Source: Auanema rhodensis (taxonomy: Eukaryota; Animalia; Nematoda). From it: a stretch of 64,000 nt of DNA. Each line of letters begins with the position of its first letter. The first letter of the stretch is position 1. This document shows positions 27,383 to 42,500 of the stretch, piece by piece. The notes below the pieces were generated by a model that saw only the letters and a list, made by a program, of their open reading frames with translations, ran no database searches and was not told where the DNA came from. The stretch is taken from contig OZ059897.1 in the NCBI GenBank assembly GCA_964057225.1, forward strand, positions 4,030,001 through 4,094,000, in the 5' to 3' direction. A program made the translations under genes and the position numbers.

Positions 27383-29488
27383 TACATGGGAACTCAGCAT
27401 ACACTAATGCATTATTTTTCAAACGATCATAACTAATTTTTGTATAGAGCGTTTCTCAATGTAGTATAGTGCATTCGATGCGGATTTTTAAGCTGCGTCG
27501 ATCTGTGTTATCAGATTTGAGTTAGCTTAAAAATGCACCGAGATATCAACTGACATATGTTCACACTTATACCCTCGATTTTCACCCTGAAGAAATGATT
27601 TTTTCGTTGAAAAACATTGTCCATCGTATTCGTCTTGAAAAAAGGAATCTAAAAACATCTACTTTTTGTGAAATTATTTAGAAATTTTTCGGGAAAATTT
27701 TTGTCACAATGTTTTTGGAAGCAATGTTGAGTGTACATGGGAACTCAGCATACACTAATGCATTATTTTTCAAACGATCATAACTAATTTTTGTATAGAG
27801 CGTTTCTCAATGTAGTATAGTGCATTCGATGCGGATTTTTAAGCTGCGTCGATCTGTGTTATCAGATTTGAGTTAGCTTAAAAATGCACCGAGATATCAA
27901 CTGATATATGTTCACATTTATATCCTCGATTTTCACCCTGAAGAAATGATTTTTTCGTTAAAAAACATTGTCCATCGTATTTGTCTTGAAAAAAGGAATC
28001 TAAAAACATCTACTTTTTGTGAAATTATTTAGAAATTTTTCGGGAAAATTTTTGTCAAAATGTTTTTGGAAGCAATGTTGAGTGTACATGGGAACTCAAC
28101 ATACACTAATGCATTATTTTTCAAACGATCATAACTAATTTTTGTATGGAGCGTTTCTCAATGTAGTATAGTGCATTCGATGCGGATTTTTAAGCTGCGT
28201 TGATCTGTGTTATCAGATTTGAGTTAGCTTGAAAATGCACCGAGATATCAACTGATATAGGTTCACACTTATATCCTCGATTTTCACCCTGAAGAATAAA
28301 TTTTTTCGTTGAAAAACATTGTCCATCGTATTCGTCTTGAAAAAAGGAATCTAAAAACATCTACTTTTTGTGAAATTATTTAGAAATTTTTCGGGAAAAT
28401 TTTTGTCACAATGTTTTTGGAAGCAATGTTGAGTGTACATGGGAACTCAGCATACACTAATGCATTATTTTTCAAACGATCATAACTAATTTTTTTATAG
28501 AGCGTTTCTCAATGTAGTATAGTGCATTCGATGCGGATTTTTAAGCTGCGTCGATCTGTGTTATCAGATTTGAGTTAGCTTGAAAATGCACCGAGATATC
28601 AACTGATATATGTTCACACTTATATCCTCGATTTTCACCCTGAAGAATTAATTTTTTCGTTGAATAACATTGTCCATCGTCTTTGCCTTGAAAAAAGAAA
28701 TCTAAAAACTCCTACTTTTTGTGAAATTATTTAGAAATTTTTCGGGAAAATTTTTGTCACAATGTTTTTGGAAGCAATGTTGAGTGTACATGGGAACTCA
28801 GCATACACTAATGCATTATTTTTCAAACGATCATAACTAATTTTTGTATAGAGCGTTTCTCAATGTAGTATAGTGCATTCGATGCGGATTTTTAAGCTGC
28901 GTCGATCTGTGTTATCAGATTTGAGTTAGCTTGAAAATGCACCGAGATATCAACTGATATATGTTCACACTTATATCCTCGATTTTCACCCTGAAGAAAT
29001 GATTTTTTCGTTGAAAAACATTGTCCATCGTATTCGTCTTGAAAAAAGGAATCTAAAAACATCTACTTTTTGTGAAATTATTTAGAAATTTTTCGGGAAA
29101 ATTTTTGTCACAATGTTTTTGGAAGCAATGTTGAGTGTACATGGGAACTCAGCATACACTAATGCATTATTTTTCAAACGATCATAACTAATTTTTGTAT
29201 GGAGCGTTTCTCAATGTAGTATAGTGCATTCGATGCGGAGTTTTAAGCTGCGTTGATCTGTGTTATCAGATTTGCGCTAGCTTAAAAATGCACCGAGTAA
29301 TCAACTGATATAGGTTCACACTTATATCCTCGATTTTCACCCTGAAGAATTAATTTTTTCGTTGAATAACATTGTCCATCGTATTCGTCTTGAAAAAAGG
29401 AATCTAAAAACATCTACTTTTTGTGAAATTATTTAGAAATTTTTCGGGAAAATTTTTGTCACAATGTTTTTGGAAGCAATGTTGAGTG
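25277..29488. repeat. 12-monomer block, copy 2 of the dispersed duplication
   Basis: See copy 1. About six singleton differences between copies (15636, 18234, 26369, 27318, ~27917, 27981). Confidence 0.8.
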
Positions 29489-30289
29489 TACATGGGAACT
29501 CAGCATACACTAATGCATTATTTTTCAAACGATCATAACTAATTTTTGTATAGAGCGTTTCTCAATGTAGTATAGTGCATTCGATGCGGATTTTTAAGCT
29601 GCGTCGATCTGTGTTATCAGATTTGAGTTAGCTTGAAAATGCACCGAGATATCAACTGATATATGTTCACACTTATATCCTCGATTTTCACCCTGAAGAA
29701 TTAATTTTTTCGTTGAATAACATTGTCCATCGTCTTTGCCTTGAAAAAAGAAATCTAAAAACTCCTACTTTTTGTGAAATTATTTAGAAATTTTTCGGGA
29801 AAATTTTTGTCACAATGTTTTTGGAAGCAATGTTGAGTGTACATGGGAACTCAGCATACACTAATGCATTATTTTTCAAACGATCATAACTAATTTTTGT
29901 ATGGAGCGTTTCTCAATGTAGTATAGTGCATTCGATGCGGAGTTTTAAGCTGCGTTGATCTGTGTTATCAGATTTGCGCTAGCTTAAAAATGCACCGAGT
30001 AATCAACTGATATAGGTTCACACTTATATCCTCGATTTTCACCCTGAAGAATTAATTTTTTCGTTGAATAACATTGTCCATCGTATTCGTCTTGAAAAAA
30101 GGAATCTAAAAACATCTACTTTTTGTGAAATTATTTAGAAATTTTTCGGGAAAATTTTTGTCACAATGTTTTTGGAAGCAATGTTGAGTGTACATGGGAA
30201 CTCAGCATACACTAATGCATTATTTTTCAAACGATCATAACTAATTTTTGTATAGAGCGTTTCTCAATGTAGTATAGTGCATTCGATGC

Positions 30290-33200
30290 GGATTTTTAAG
30301 CTGCGTCGATCTGTGTTATCAGATTTGAGTTAGCTTGAAAATGCACCGAGATATCAACTGATATATGTTCACACTTATATCCTCGATTTTCACCCTGAAG
30401 AATTAATTTTTTCGTTGAATAACATTGTCCATCGTCTTTGCCTTGAAAAAAGAAATCTAAAAACTCCTACTTTTTGTGAAATTATTTAGAAATTTTTCGG
30501 GAAAATTTTTGTCACAATGTTTTTGGAAGCAATGTTGAGTGTACATGGGAACTCAGCATACACTAATGCATTATTTTTCAAACGATCATAACTAATTTTT
30601 GTATAGAGCGTTTCTCAATGTAGTATAGTGCATTCGATGCAGATTTTTAAGCTGCGTCGATCTGTGTTATCAGATTTGAGTTAGCTTGAAAATGCACCGA
30701 GATATCAACTGATATATGTTCACACTTATATCCTCGATTTTCACCCTGAAGAAATGATTTTTTCGTTGAAAAACATTGTCCATCGTATTCGTCTTGAAAA
30801 AAGGAATCTAAAAACATCTACTTTTTGTGAAATTATTTAGAAATTTTTCGGGAAAATTTTTGTCACAATGTTTTTGGAAGCAATGTTGAGTGTACATGGG
30901 AACTCAGCATACACTAATGCATTATTTTTCAAACGATCATAACTAATTTTTGTATAGAGCGTTTCTCAATGTAGTATAGTGCATTCGATGCGGATTTTTA
31001 AGCTGCGTCGATCTGTGTTATCAGATTTGAGTTAGCTTAAAAATGCACCGAGATATCAACTGACATATGTTCACACTTATACCCTCGATTTTCACCCTGA
31101 AGAAATGATTTTTTCGTTGAAAAACATTGTCCATCGTATTCGTCTTGAAAAAAGGAATCTAAAAACATCTACTTTTTGTGAAATTATTTAGAAATTTTTC
31201 GGGAAAATTTTTGTCACAATGTTTTTGGAAGCAATGTTGAGTGTACATGGGAACTCAGCATACACTAATGCATTATTTTTCAAACGATCATAACTAATTT
31301 TTGTATAGAGCGTTTCTCAATGTAGTATAGTGCATTCGATGCGGATTTTTAAGCTGCGTCGATCTGTGTTATCAGATTTGAGTTAGCTTAAAAATGCACC
31401 GAGATATCAACTGATATATGTTCACACTTATATCCTCGATTTTCACCCTGAAGAAATGATTTTTTCGTTAAAAAACATTGTCCATCGTATTCGTCTTGAA
31501 AAAAGGAATCTAAAAACATCTACTTTTTGTGAAATTATTTAGAAATTTTTCGGGAAAATTTTTGTCAAAATGTTTTTGGAAGCAATGTTGAGTGTACATG
31601 GGAACTCAACATACACTAATGCATTATTTTTCAAACGATCATAACTAATTTTTGTATGGAGCGTTTCTCAATGTAGTATAGTGCATTCGATGCGGATTTT
31701 TAAGCTGCGTTGATCTGTGTTATCAGATTTGCGCTAGCTTAAAAATGCACCGAGTAATCAACTGATATAGGTTCACACTTATATCCTCGATTTTCACCCT
31801 GAAGAATAAATTTTTTCGTTGAATAACATTGTCCATCGTCTTTGCCTTGAAAAAAAAAATCTAAAAACTCCTACTTTTTGTGAAATTATTTAGAAATTTT
31901 TCGGGAAAATTTTTGTCAAAATGTTTTTGGAAGCAATGTTGAGTGTACATGGGAACTCAACATACACTAATGCATTATTTTTCAAACGATCATAACTAAT
32001 TTTTGTATGGAGCGTTTCTCAATGTAGTATAGTGCATTCGATGCGGATTTTTAAGCTGCGTTGATCTGTGTTATCAGATTTGAGTTAGCTTGAAAATGCA
32101 CCGAGATATCAACTGATATAGGTTCACACTTATATCCTCGATTTTCACCCTGAAGAATAAATTTTTTCGTTGAAAAACATTGTCCATCGTATTCGTCTTG
32201 AAAAAAGGAATCTAAAAACATCTACTTTTTGTGAAATTATTTAGAAATTTTTCGGGAAAATTTTTGTCACAATGTTTTTGGAAGCAATGTTGAGTGTACA
32301 TGGGAACTCAGCATACACTAATGCATTATTTTTCAAACGATCATAACTAATTTTTTTATAGAGCGTTTCTCAATGTAGTATAGTGCATTCGATGCGGATT
32401 TTTAAGCTGCGTCGATCTGTGTTATCAGATTTGAGTTAGCTTGAAAATGCACCGAGATATCAACTGATATATGTTCACACTTATATCCTCGATTTTCACC
32501 CTGAAGAATTAATTTTTTCGTTGAATAACATTGTCCATCGTCTTTGCCTTGAAAAAAGAAATCTAAAAACTCCTACTTTTTGTGAAATTATTTAGAAATT
32601 TTTCGGGAAAATTTTTGTCACAATGTTTTTGGAAGCAATGTTGAGTGTACATGGGAACTCAGCATACACTAATGCATTATTTTTCAAACGATCATAACTA
32701 ATTTTTGTATAGAGCGTTTCTCAATGTAGTATAGTGCATTCGATGGGGATTTTTAAGCTGCGTCGATCTGTGTTATCAGATTTGAGTTAGCTTGAAAATG
32801 CACCGAGATATCAACTGATATATGTTCACACTTATATCCTCGATTTTCACCCTGAAGAATTAATTTTTTCGTTGAATAACATTGTCCATCGTCTTTGCCT
32901 TGAAAAAAGAAATCTAAAAACTCCTACTTTTTGTGAAATTATTTAGAAATTTTTCGGGAAAATTTTTGTCACAATGTTTTTGGAAGCAATGTTGAGTGTA
33001 CATGGGAACTCAGCATACACTAATGCATTATTTTTCAAACGATCATAACTAATTTTTGTATAGAGCGTTTCTCAATGTAGTATAGTGCATTCGATGCAGA
33101 TTTTTAAGCTGCGTCGATCTGTGTTATCAGATTTGAGTTAGCTTGAAAATGCACCGAGATATCAACTGATATATGTTCACACTTATATCCTCGATTTTCA

Positions 33201-35316
33201 CCCTGAAGAAATGATTTTTTCGTTGAAAAACATTGTCCATCGTATTCGTCTTGAAAAAAGGAATCTAAAAACATCTACTTTTTGTGAAATTATTTAGAAA
33301 TTTTTCGGGAAAATTTTTGTCACAATGTTTTTGGAAGCAATGTTGAGTGTACATGGGAACTCAGCATACACTAATGCATTATTTTTCAAACGATCATAAC
33401 TAATTTTTGTATAGAGCGTTTCTCAATGTAGTATAGTGCATTCGATGCGGATTTTTAAGCTGCGTCGATCTGTGTTATCAGATTTGAGTTAGCTTAAAAA
33501 TGCACCGAGATATCAACTGACATATGTTCACACTTATACCCTCGATTTTCACCCTGAAGAAATGATTTTTTCGTTGAAAAACATTGTCCATCGTATTCGT
33601 CTTGAAAAAAGGAATCTAAAAACATCTACTTTTTGTGAAATTATTTAGAAATTTTTTGGGAAAATTTTTGTCACAATGTTTTTGGAAGCAATGTTGAGTG
33701 TACATGGGAACTCAGCATACACTAATGCATTATTTTTCAAACGATCATAACTAATTTTTGTATAGAGCGTTTCTCAATGTAGTATAGTGCATTCGATGCG
33801 GATTTTTAAGCTGCGTCGATCTGTGTTATCAGATTTGAGTTAGCTTAAAAATGCACCGAGATATCAACTGATATATGTTCACACTTATATCCTCGATTTT
33901 CACCCTGAAGAAATGATTTTTTCGTTAAAAAACATTGTCCATCGTATTCGTCTTGAAAAAAGGAATCTAAAAACATCTACTTTTTGTGAAATTATTTAGA
34001 AATTTTTCGGGAAAATTTTTGTCAAAATGTTTTTGGAAGCAATGTTGAGTGTACATGGGAACTCAACATACACTAATGCATTATTTTTCAAACGATCATA
34101 ACTAATTTTTGTATGGAGCGTTTCTCAATGTAGTATAGTGCATTCGATGCGGATTTTTAAGCTGCGTTGATCTGTGTTATCAGATTTGCGCTAGCTTAAA
34201 AATGCACCGAGTAATCAACTGATATAGGTTCACACTTATATCCTCGATTTTCACCCTGAAGAATAAATTTTTTCGTTGAATAACATTGTCCATCGTCTTT
34301 GCCTTGAAAAAAAAAATCTAAAAACTCCTACTTTTTGTGAAATTATTTAGAAATTTTTCGGGAAAATTTTTGTCAAAATGTTTTTGGAAGCAATGTTGAG
34401 TGTACATGGGAACTCAACATACACTAATGCATTATTTTTCAAACGATCATAACTAATTTTTGTATGGAGCGTTTCTCAATGTAGTATAGTGCATTCGATG
34501 CGGATTTTTAAGCTGCGTTGATCTGTGTTATCAGATTTGAGTTAGCTTGAAAATGCACCGAGATATCAACTGATATAGGTTCACACTTATATCCTCGATT
34601 TTCACCCTGAAGAATAAATTTTTTCGTTGAAAAACATTGTCCATCGTATTCGTCTTGAAAAAAGGAATCTAAAAACATCTACTTTTTGTGAAATTATTTA
34701 GAAATTTTTCGGGAAAATTTTTGTCACAATGTTTTTGGAAGCAATGTTGAGTGTACATGGGAACTCAGCATACACTAATGCATTATTTTTCAAACGATCA
34801 TAACTAATTTTTTTATAGAGCGTTTCTCAATGTAGTATAGTGCATTCGATGCGGATTTTTAAGCTGCGTCGATCTGTGTTATCAGATTTGAGTTAGCTTG
34901 AAAATGCACCGAGATATCAACTGATATATGTTCACACTTATATCCTCGATTTTCACCCTGAAGAATTAATTTTTTCGTTGAATAACATTGTCCATCGTCT
35001 TTGCCTTGAAAAAAGAAATCTAAAAACTCCTACTTTTTGTGAAATTATTTAGAAATTTTTCGGGAAAATTTTTGTCACAATGTTTTTGGAAGCAATGTTG
35101 AGTGTACATGGGAACTCAGCATACACTAATGCATTATTTTTCAAACGATCATAACTAATTTTTGTATAGAGCGTTTCTCAATGTAGTATAGTGCATTCGA
35201 TGGGGATTTTTAAGCTGCGTCGATCTGTGTTATCAGATTTGAGTTAGCTTGAAAATGCACCGAGATATCAACTGATATATGTTCACACTTATATCCTCGA
35301 TTTTCACCCTGAAGAA
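30290..35316. repeat. Tandem duplication of a 7-monomer (2457-bp) unit
   Basis: Rare SNPs GCAGAT (30641/33098) and GATGGGG (32746/35203) are both exactly 2457 apart, and the order of monomer types is identical. One mismatch seen, at 33657. Confidence 0.92.
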
Positions 35317-36859
35317 ATGATTTTTTCGTTGAAAAACATTGTCCATCGTATTCGTCTTGAAAAAAGGAATCTAAAAACATCTACTTTTTGTGAAATTATT
35401 TAGAAATTTTTCGGGAAAATTTTTGTCACAATGTTTTTGGAAGCAATGTTGAGTGTACATGGGAACTCAGCATACACTAATGCATTATTTTTCAAACGAT
35501 CATAACTAATTTTTGTATGGAGCGTTTCTCAATGTAGTATAGTGCATTCGATGCGGAGTTTTAAGCTGCGTTGATCTGTGTTATCAGATTTGCGCTAGCT
35601 TAAAAATGCACCGAGTAATCAACTGATATAGGTTCACACTTATATCCTCGATTTTCACCCTGAAGAATTAATTTTTTCGTTGAATAACATTGTCCATCGT
35701 ATTCGTCTTGAAAAAAGGAATCTAAAAACATCTACTTTTTGTGAAATTATTTAGAAATTTTTCGGGAAAATTTTTGTCACAATGTTTTTGGAAGCAATGT
35801 TGAGTGTACATGGGAACTCAGCATACACTAATGCATTATTTTTCAAACGATCATAACTAATTTTTGTATGGAGCGTTTCTCAATGTAGTATAGTGCATTC
35901 GATGCGGAGTTTTAAGCTGCGTTGATCTGTGTTATCAGATTTGCGCTAGCTTAAAAATGCACCGAGTAATCAACTGATATAGGTTCACACTTATATCCTC
36001 GATTTTCACCCTGAAGAATTAATTTTTTCGTTGAATAACATTGTCCATCGTATTCGTCTTGAAAAAAGGAATCTAAAAACATCTACTTTTTGTGAAATTA
36101 TTTAGAAATTTTTCGGGAAAATTTTTGTCACAATGTTTTTGGAAGCAATGTTGAGTGTACATGGGAACTCAGCATACACTAATGCATTATTTTTCAAACG
36201 ATCATAACTAATTTTTGTATAGAGCGTTTCTCAATGTAGTATAGTGCATTCGATGCAGATTTTTAAGCTGCGTCGATCTGTGTTATCAGATTTGAGTTAG
36301 CTTGAAAATGCACCGAGATATCAACTGATATATGTTCACACTTATATCCTCGATTTTCACCCTGAAGAAATGATTTTTTCGTTGAAAAACATTGTCCATC
36401 GTATTCGTCTTGAAAAAAGGAATCTAAAAACATCTACTTTTTGTGAAATTATTTAGAAATTTTTCGGGAAAATTTTTGTCACAATGTTTTTGGAAGCAAT
36501 GTTGAGTGTACATGGGAACTCAGCATACACTAATGCATTATTTTTCAAACGATCATAACTAATTTTTGTATAGAGCGTTTCTCAATGTAGTATAGTGCAT
36601 TCGATGCGGATTTTTAAGCTGCGTCGATCTGTGTTATCAGATTTGAGTTAGCTTAAAAATGCACCGAGATATCAACTGACATATGTTCACACTTATACCC
36701 TCGATTTTCACCCTGAAGAAATGATTTTTTCGTTGAAAAACATTGTCCATCGTATTCGTCTTGAAAAAAGGAATCTAAAAACATCTACTTTTTGTGAAAT
36801 TATTTAGAAATTTTTCGGGAAAATTTTTGTCACAATGTTTTTGGAAGCAATGTTGAGTG

Positions 36860-39528
36860 TACATGGGAACTCAGCATACACTAATGCATTATTTTTCAAA
36901 CGATCATAACTAATTTTTGTATAGAGCGTTTCTCAATGTAGTATAGTGCATTCGATGCGGATTTTTAAGCTGCGTCGATCTGTGTTATCAGATTTGAGTT
37001 AGCTTAAAAATGCACCGAGATATCAACTGATATATGTTCACACTTCTATCCTCGATTTTCACCCTGAAGAAATGATTTTTTCGTTAAAAAACATTGTCCA
37101 TCGTATTCGTCTTGAAAAAAGGAATCTAAAAACATCTACTTTTTGTGAAATTATTTAGAAATTTTTCGGGAAAATTTTTGTCAAAATGTTTTTGGAAGCA
37201 ATGTTGAGTGTACATGGGAACTCAACATACACTAATGCATTATTTTTCAAACGATCATAACTAATTTTTGTATGGAGCGTTTCTCAATGTAGTATAGTGC
37301 ATTCGATGCGGATTTTTAAGCTGCGTTGATCTGTGTTATCAGATTTGCGCTAGCTTAAAAATACACCGAGTAATCAACTGATATAGGTTCACACTTATAT
37401 CCTCGATTTTCACCCTGAAGAATAAATTTTTTCGTTGAATAACATTGTCCATCGTCTTTGCCTTGAAAAAAAAAATCTAAAAACTCCTACTTTTTGTGAA
37501 ATTATTTAGAAATTTTTCGGGAAAATTTTTGTCACAATGTTTTTGGAAGCAATGTTGAGTGTACATGGGAACTCAGCATACACTAATGCATTATTTTTCA
37601 AACGATCATAACTAATTTTTGTATAGAGCGTTTCTCAATGTAGTATAGTGCATTCGATGCGGATTTTTAAGCTGCGTCGATCTGTGTTATCAGATTTGAG
37701 TTAGCTTGAAAATGCACCGAGATATCAACTGATATATGTTCACACTTATATCCTCGATTTTCACCCTGAAGAAATGATTTTTTCGTTGAAAAACATTGTC
37801 CATCGTATTCGTCTTGAAAAAAGGAATCTAAAAACATCTACTTTTTGTGAAATTATTTAGAAATTTTTCGGGAAAATTTTTGTCACAATGTTTTTGGAAG
37901 CAATGTTGAGTGTACATGGGAACTCAGCATACACTAATGCATTATTTTTCAAACGATCATAACTAATTTTTTTATAGAGCGTTTCTCAATGTAGTATAGT
38001 GCATTCGATGCGGATTTTTAAGCTGCGTCGATCTGTGTTATCAGATTTGAGTTAGCTTGAAAATGCACCGAGATATCAACTGATATATGTTCACACTTAT
38101 ATCCTCGATTTTCACCCTGAAGAAATGATTTTTTCGTTGAAAAACATTGTCCATCGTATTCGTCTTGAAAAAAGGAATCTAAAAACATCTACTTTTTGTG
38201 AAATTATTTAGAAATTTTTCGGGAAAATTTTTGTCACAATGTTTTTGGAAGCAATGTTGAGTGTACATGGGAACTCAGCATACACTAATGCATTATTTTT
38301 CAAACGATCATAACTAATTTTTGTATAGAGCGTTTCTCAATGTAGTATAGTGCATTCGATGCGGATTTTTAAGCTGCGTCGATCTGTGTTATCAGATTTG
38401 AGTTAGCTTAAAAATGCACCGAGATATCAACTGATATATGTTCACACTTCTATCCTCGATTTTCACCCTGAAGAAATGATTTTTTCGTTAAAAAACATTG
38501 TCCATCGTATTCGTCTTGAAAAAAGGAATCTAAAAACATCTACTTTTTGTGAAATTATTTAGAAATTTTTCGGGAAAATTTTTGTCAAAATGTTTTTGGA
38601 AGCAATGTTGAGTGTACATGGGAACTCAACATACACTAATGCATTATTTTTCAAACGATCATAACTAATTTTTGTATGGAGCGTTTCTCAATGTAGTATA
38701 GTGCATTCGATGCGGATTTTTAAGCTGCGTTGATCTGTGTTATCAGATTTGCGCTAGCTTAAAAATACACCGAGTAATCAACTGATATAGGTTCACACTT
38801 ATATCCTCGATTTTCACCCTGAAGAATAAATTTTTTCGTTGAATAACATTGTCCATCGTCTTTGCCTTGAAAAAAAAAATCTAAAAACTCCTACTTTTTG
38901 TGAAATTATTTAGAAATTTTTCGGGAAAATTTTTGTCACAATGTTTTTGGAAGCAATGTTGAGTGTACATGGGAACTCAGCATACACTAATGCATTATTT
39001 TTCAAACGATCATAACTAATTTTTGTATAGAGCGTTTCTCAATGTAGTATAGTGCATTCGATGCGGATTTTTAAGCTGCGTCGATCTGTGTTATCAGATT
39101 TGAGTTAGCTTGAAAATGCACCGAGATATCAACTGATATATGTTCACACTTATATCCTCGATTTTCACCCTGAAGAAATGATTTTTTCGTTGAAAAACAT
39201 TGTCCATCGTATTCGTCTTGAAAAAAGGAATCTAAAAACATCTACTTTTTGTGAAATTATTTAGAAATTTTTCGGGAAAATTTTTGTCACAATGTTTTTG
39301 GAAGCAATGTTGAGTGTACATGGGAACTCAGCATACACTAATGCATTATTTTTCAAACGATCATAACTAATTTTTTTATAGAGCGTTTCTCAATGTAGTA
39401 TAGTGCATTCGATGCGGATTTTTAAGCTGCGTCGATCTGTGTTATCAGATTTGAGTTAGCTTGAAAATGCACCGAGATATCAACTGATATATGTTCACAC
39501 TTATATCCTCGATTTTCACCCTGAAGAA
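36860..39528. repeat. Tandem duplication of a 4-monomer (1404-bp) unit
   Basis: CTTCTATC (37046/38450) and ATACACC (37363/38767) are both 1404 apart. Confidence 0.9.
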
Positions 39529-42500
39529 TTAATTTTTTCGTTGAATAACATTGTCCATCGTCTTTGCCTTGAAAAAAGAAATCTAAAAACTCCTACTTTT
39601 TGTGAAATTATTTAGAAATTTTTCGGGAAAATTTTTGTCACAATGTTTTTGGAAGCAATGTTGAGTGTACATGGGAACTCAGCATACACTAATGCATTAT
39701 TTTTCAAACGATCATAACTAATTTTTGTATAGAGCGTTTCTCAATGTAGTATAGTGCATTCGATGCGGATTTTTAAGCTGCGTCGATCTGTGTTATCAGA
39801 TTTGAGTTAGCTTGAAAATGCACCGAGATATCAACTGATATATGTTCACACTTATATCCTCGATTTTCACCCTGAAGAAATGATTTTTTCGTTGAAAAAC
39901 ATTGTCCATCGTATTCGTCTTGAAAAAAGGAATCTAAAAACATCTACTTTTTGTGAAATTATTTAGAAATTTTTCGGGAAAATTTTTGTCACAATGTTTT
40001 TGGAAGCAATGTTGAGTGTACATGGGAACTCAGCATACACTAATGCATTATTTTTCAAACGATCATAACTAATTTTTGTATGGAGCGTTTCTCAATGTAG
40101 TATAGTGCATTCGATGCGGAGTTTTAAGCTGCGTTGATCTGTGTTATCAGATTTGCGCTAGCTTAAAAATGCACCGAGTAATCAACTGATATAGGTTCAC
40201 ACTTATATCCTCGATTTTCACCCTGAAGAATTAATTTTTTCGTTGAATAACATTGTCCATCGTATTCGTCTTGAAAAAAGGAATCTAAAAACATCTACTT
40301 TTTGTGAAATTATTTAGAAATTTTTCGGGAAAATTTTTGTCACAATGTTTTTGGAAGCAATGTTGAGTGTACATGGGAACTCAGCATACACTAATGCATT
40401 ATTTTTCAAACGATCATAACTAATTTTTTTATAGAGCGTTTCTCAATGTAGTATAGTGCATTCGATGCGGATTTTTAAGCTGCGTCGATCTGTGTTATCA
40501 GATTTGAGTTAGCTTGAAAATGCACCGAGATATCAACTGATATATGTTCACACTTATATCCTCGATTTTCACCCTGAAGAATTAATTTTTTCGTTGAATA
40601 ACATTGTCCATCGTCTTTGCCTTGAAAAAAGAAATCTAAAAACTCCTACTTTTTGTGAAATTATTTAGAAATTTTTTGGGAAAATTTTTGTCACAATGTT
40701 TTTGGAAGCAATGTTGAGTGTACATGGGAACTCAGCATACACTAATGCATTATTTTTCAAACGATCATAACTAATTTTTGTATAGAGCGTTTCTCAATGT
40801 AGTATAGTGCATTCGATGCGGATTTTTAAGCTGCGTCGATCTGTGTTATCAGATTTGAGTTAGCTTGAAAATGCACCGAGATATCAACTGATATATGTTC
40901 ACACTTATATCCTCGATTTTCACCCTGAAGAAATGATTTTTTCGTTGAAAAACATTGTCCATCGTATTCGTCTTGAAAAAAGGAATCTAAAAACATCTAC
41001 TTTTTGTGAAATTATTTAGAAATTTTTCGGGAAAATTTTTGTCACAATGTTTTTGGAAGCAATGTTGAGTGTACATGGGAACTCAGCATACACTAATGCA
41101 TTATTTTTCAAACGATCATAACTAATTTTTGTATGGAGCGTTTCTCAATGTAGTATAGTGCATTCGATGCGGAGTTTTAAGCTGCGTTGATCTGTGTTAT
41201 CAGATTTGCGCTAGCTTAAAAATGCACCGAGTAATCAACTGATATAGGTTCACACTTATATCCTCGATTTTCACCCTGAAGAATTAATTTTTTCGTTGAA
41301 TAACATTGTCCATCGTATTCGTCTTGAAAAAAGGAATCTAAAAACATCTACTTTTTGTGAAATTATTTAGAAATTTTTCGGGAAAATTTTTGTCACAATG
41401 TTTTTGGAAGCAATGTTGAGTGTACATGGGAACTCAGCATACACTAATGCATTATTTTTCAAACGATCATAACTAATTTTTTTATAGAGCGTTTCTCAAT
41501 GTAGTATAGTGCATTCGATGCGGATTTTTAAGCTGCGTCGATCTGTGTTATCAGATTTGAGTTAGCTTGAAAATGCACCGAGATATCAACTGATATATGT
41601 TCACACTTATATCCTCGATTTTCACCCTGAAGAATTAATTTTTTCGTTGAATAACATTGTCCATCGTCTTTGCCTTGAAAAAAGAAATCTAAAAACTCCT
41701 ACTTTTTGTGAAATTATTTAGAAATTTTTCGGGAAAAGTTTTGTCACAATGTTTTTGGAAGCAATGTTGAGTGTACATGGGAACTCAGCATACACTAATG
41801 CATTATTTTTCAAACGATCATAACTAATTTTTGTATAGAGCGTTTCTCAATGTAGTATAGTGCATTCGATGCGGATTTTTAAGCTGCGTCGATCTGTGTT
41901 ATCAGATTTGAGTTAGCTTGAAAATGCACCGAGATATCAACTGATATATGTTCACACTTATATCCTCGATTTTCACCCTGAAGAAATGATTTTTTCGTTG
42001 AAAAACATTGTCCATCGTATTCGTCTTGAAAAAAGGAATCTAAAAACATCTACTTTTTGTGAAATTATTTAGAAATTTTTCGGGAAAATTTTTGTCACAA
42101 TGTTTTTGGAAGCAATGTTGAGTGTACATGGGAACTCAGCATACACTAATGCATTATTTTTCAAACGATCATAACTAATTTTTGTATGGAGCGTTTCTCA
42201 ATGTAGTATAGTGCATTCGATGCGGAGTTTTAAGCTGCGTTGATCTGTGTTATCAGATTTGCGCTAGCTTAAAAATGCACCGAGTAATCAACTGATATAG
42301 GTTCACACTTATATCCTCGATTTTCACCCTGAAGAATTAATTTTTTCGTTGAATAACATTGTCCATCGTATTCGTCTTGAAAAAAGGAATCTAAAAACAT
42401 CTACTTTTTGTGAAATTATTTAGAAATTTTTCGGGAAAATTTTTGTCACAATGTTTTTGGAAGCAATGTTGAGTGTACATGGGAACTCAGCATACACTAA

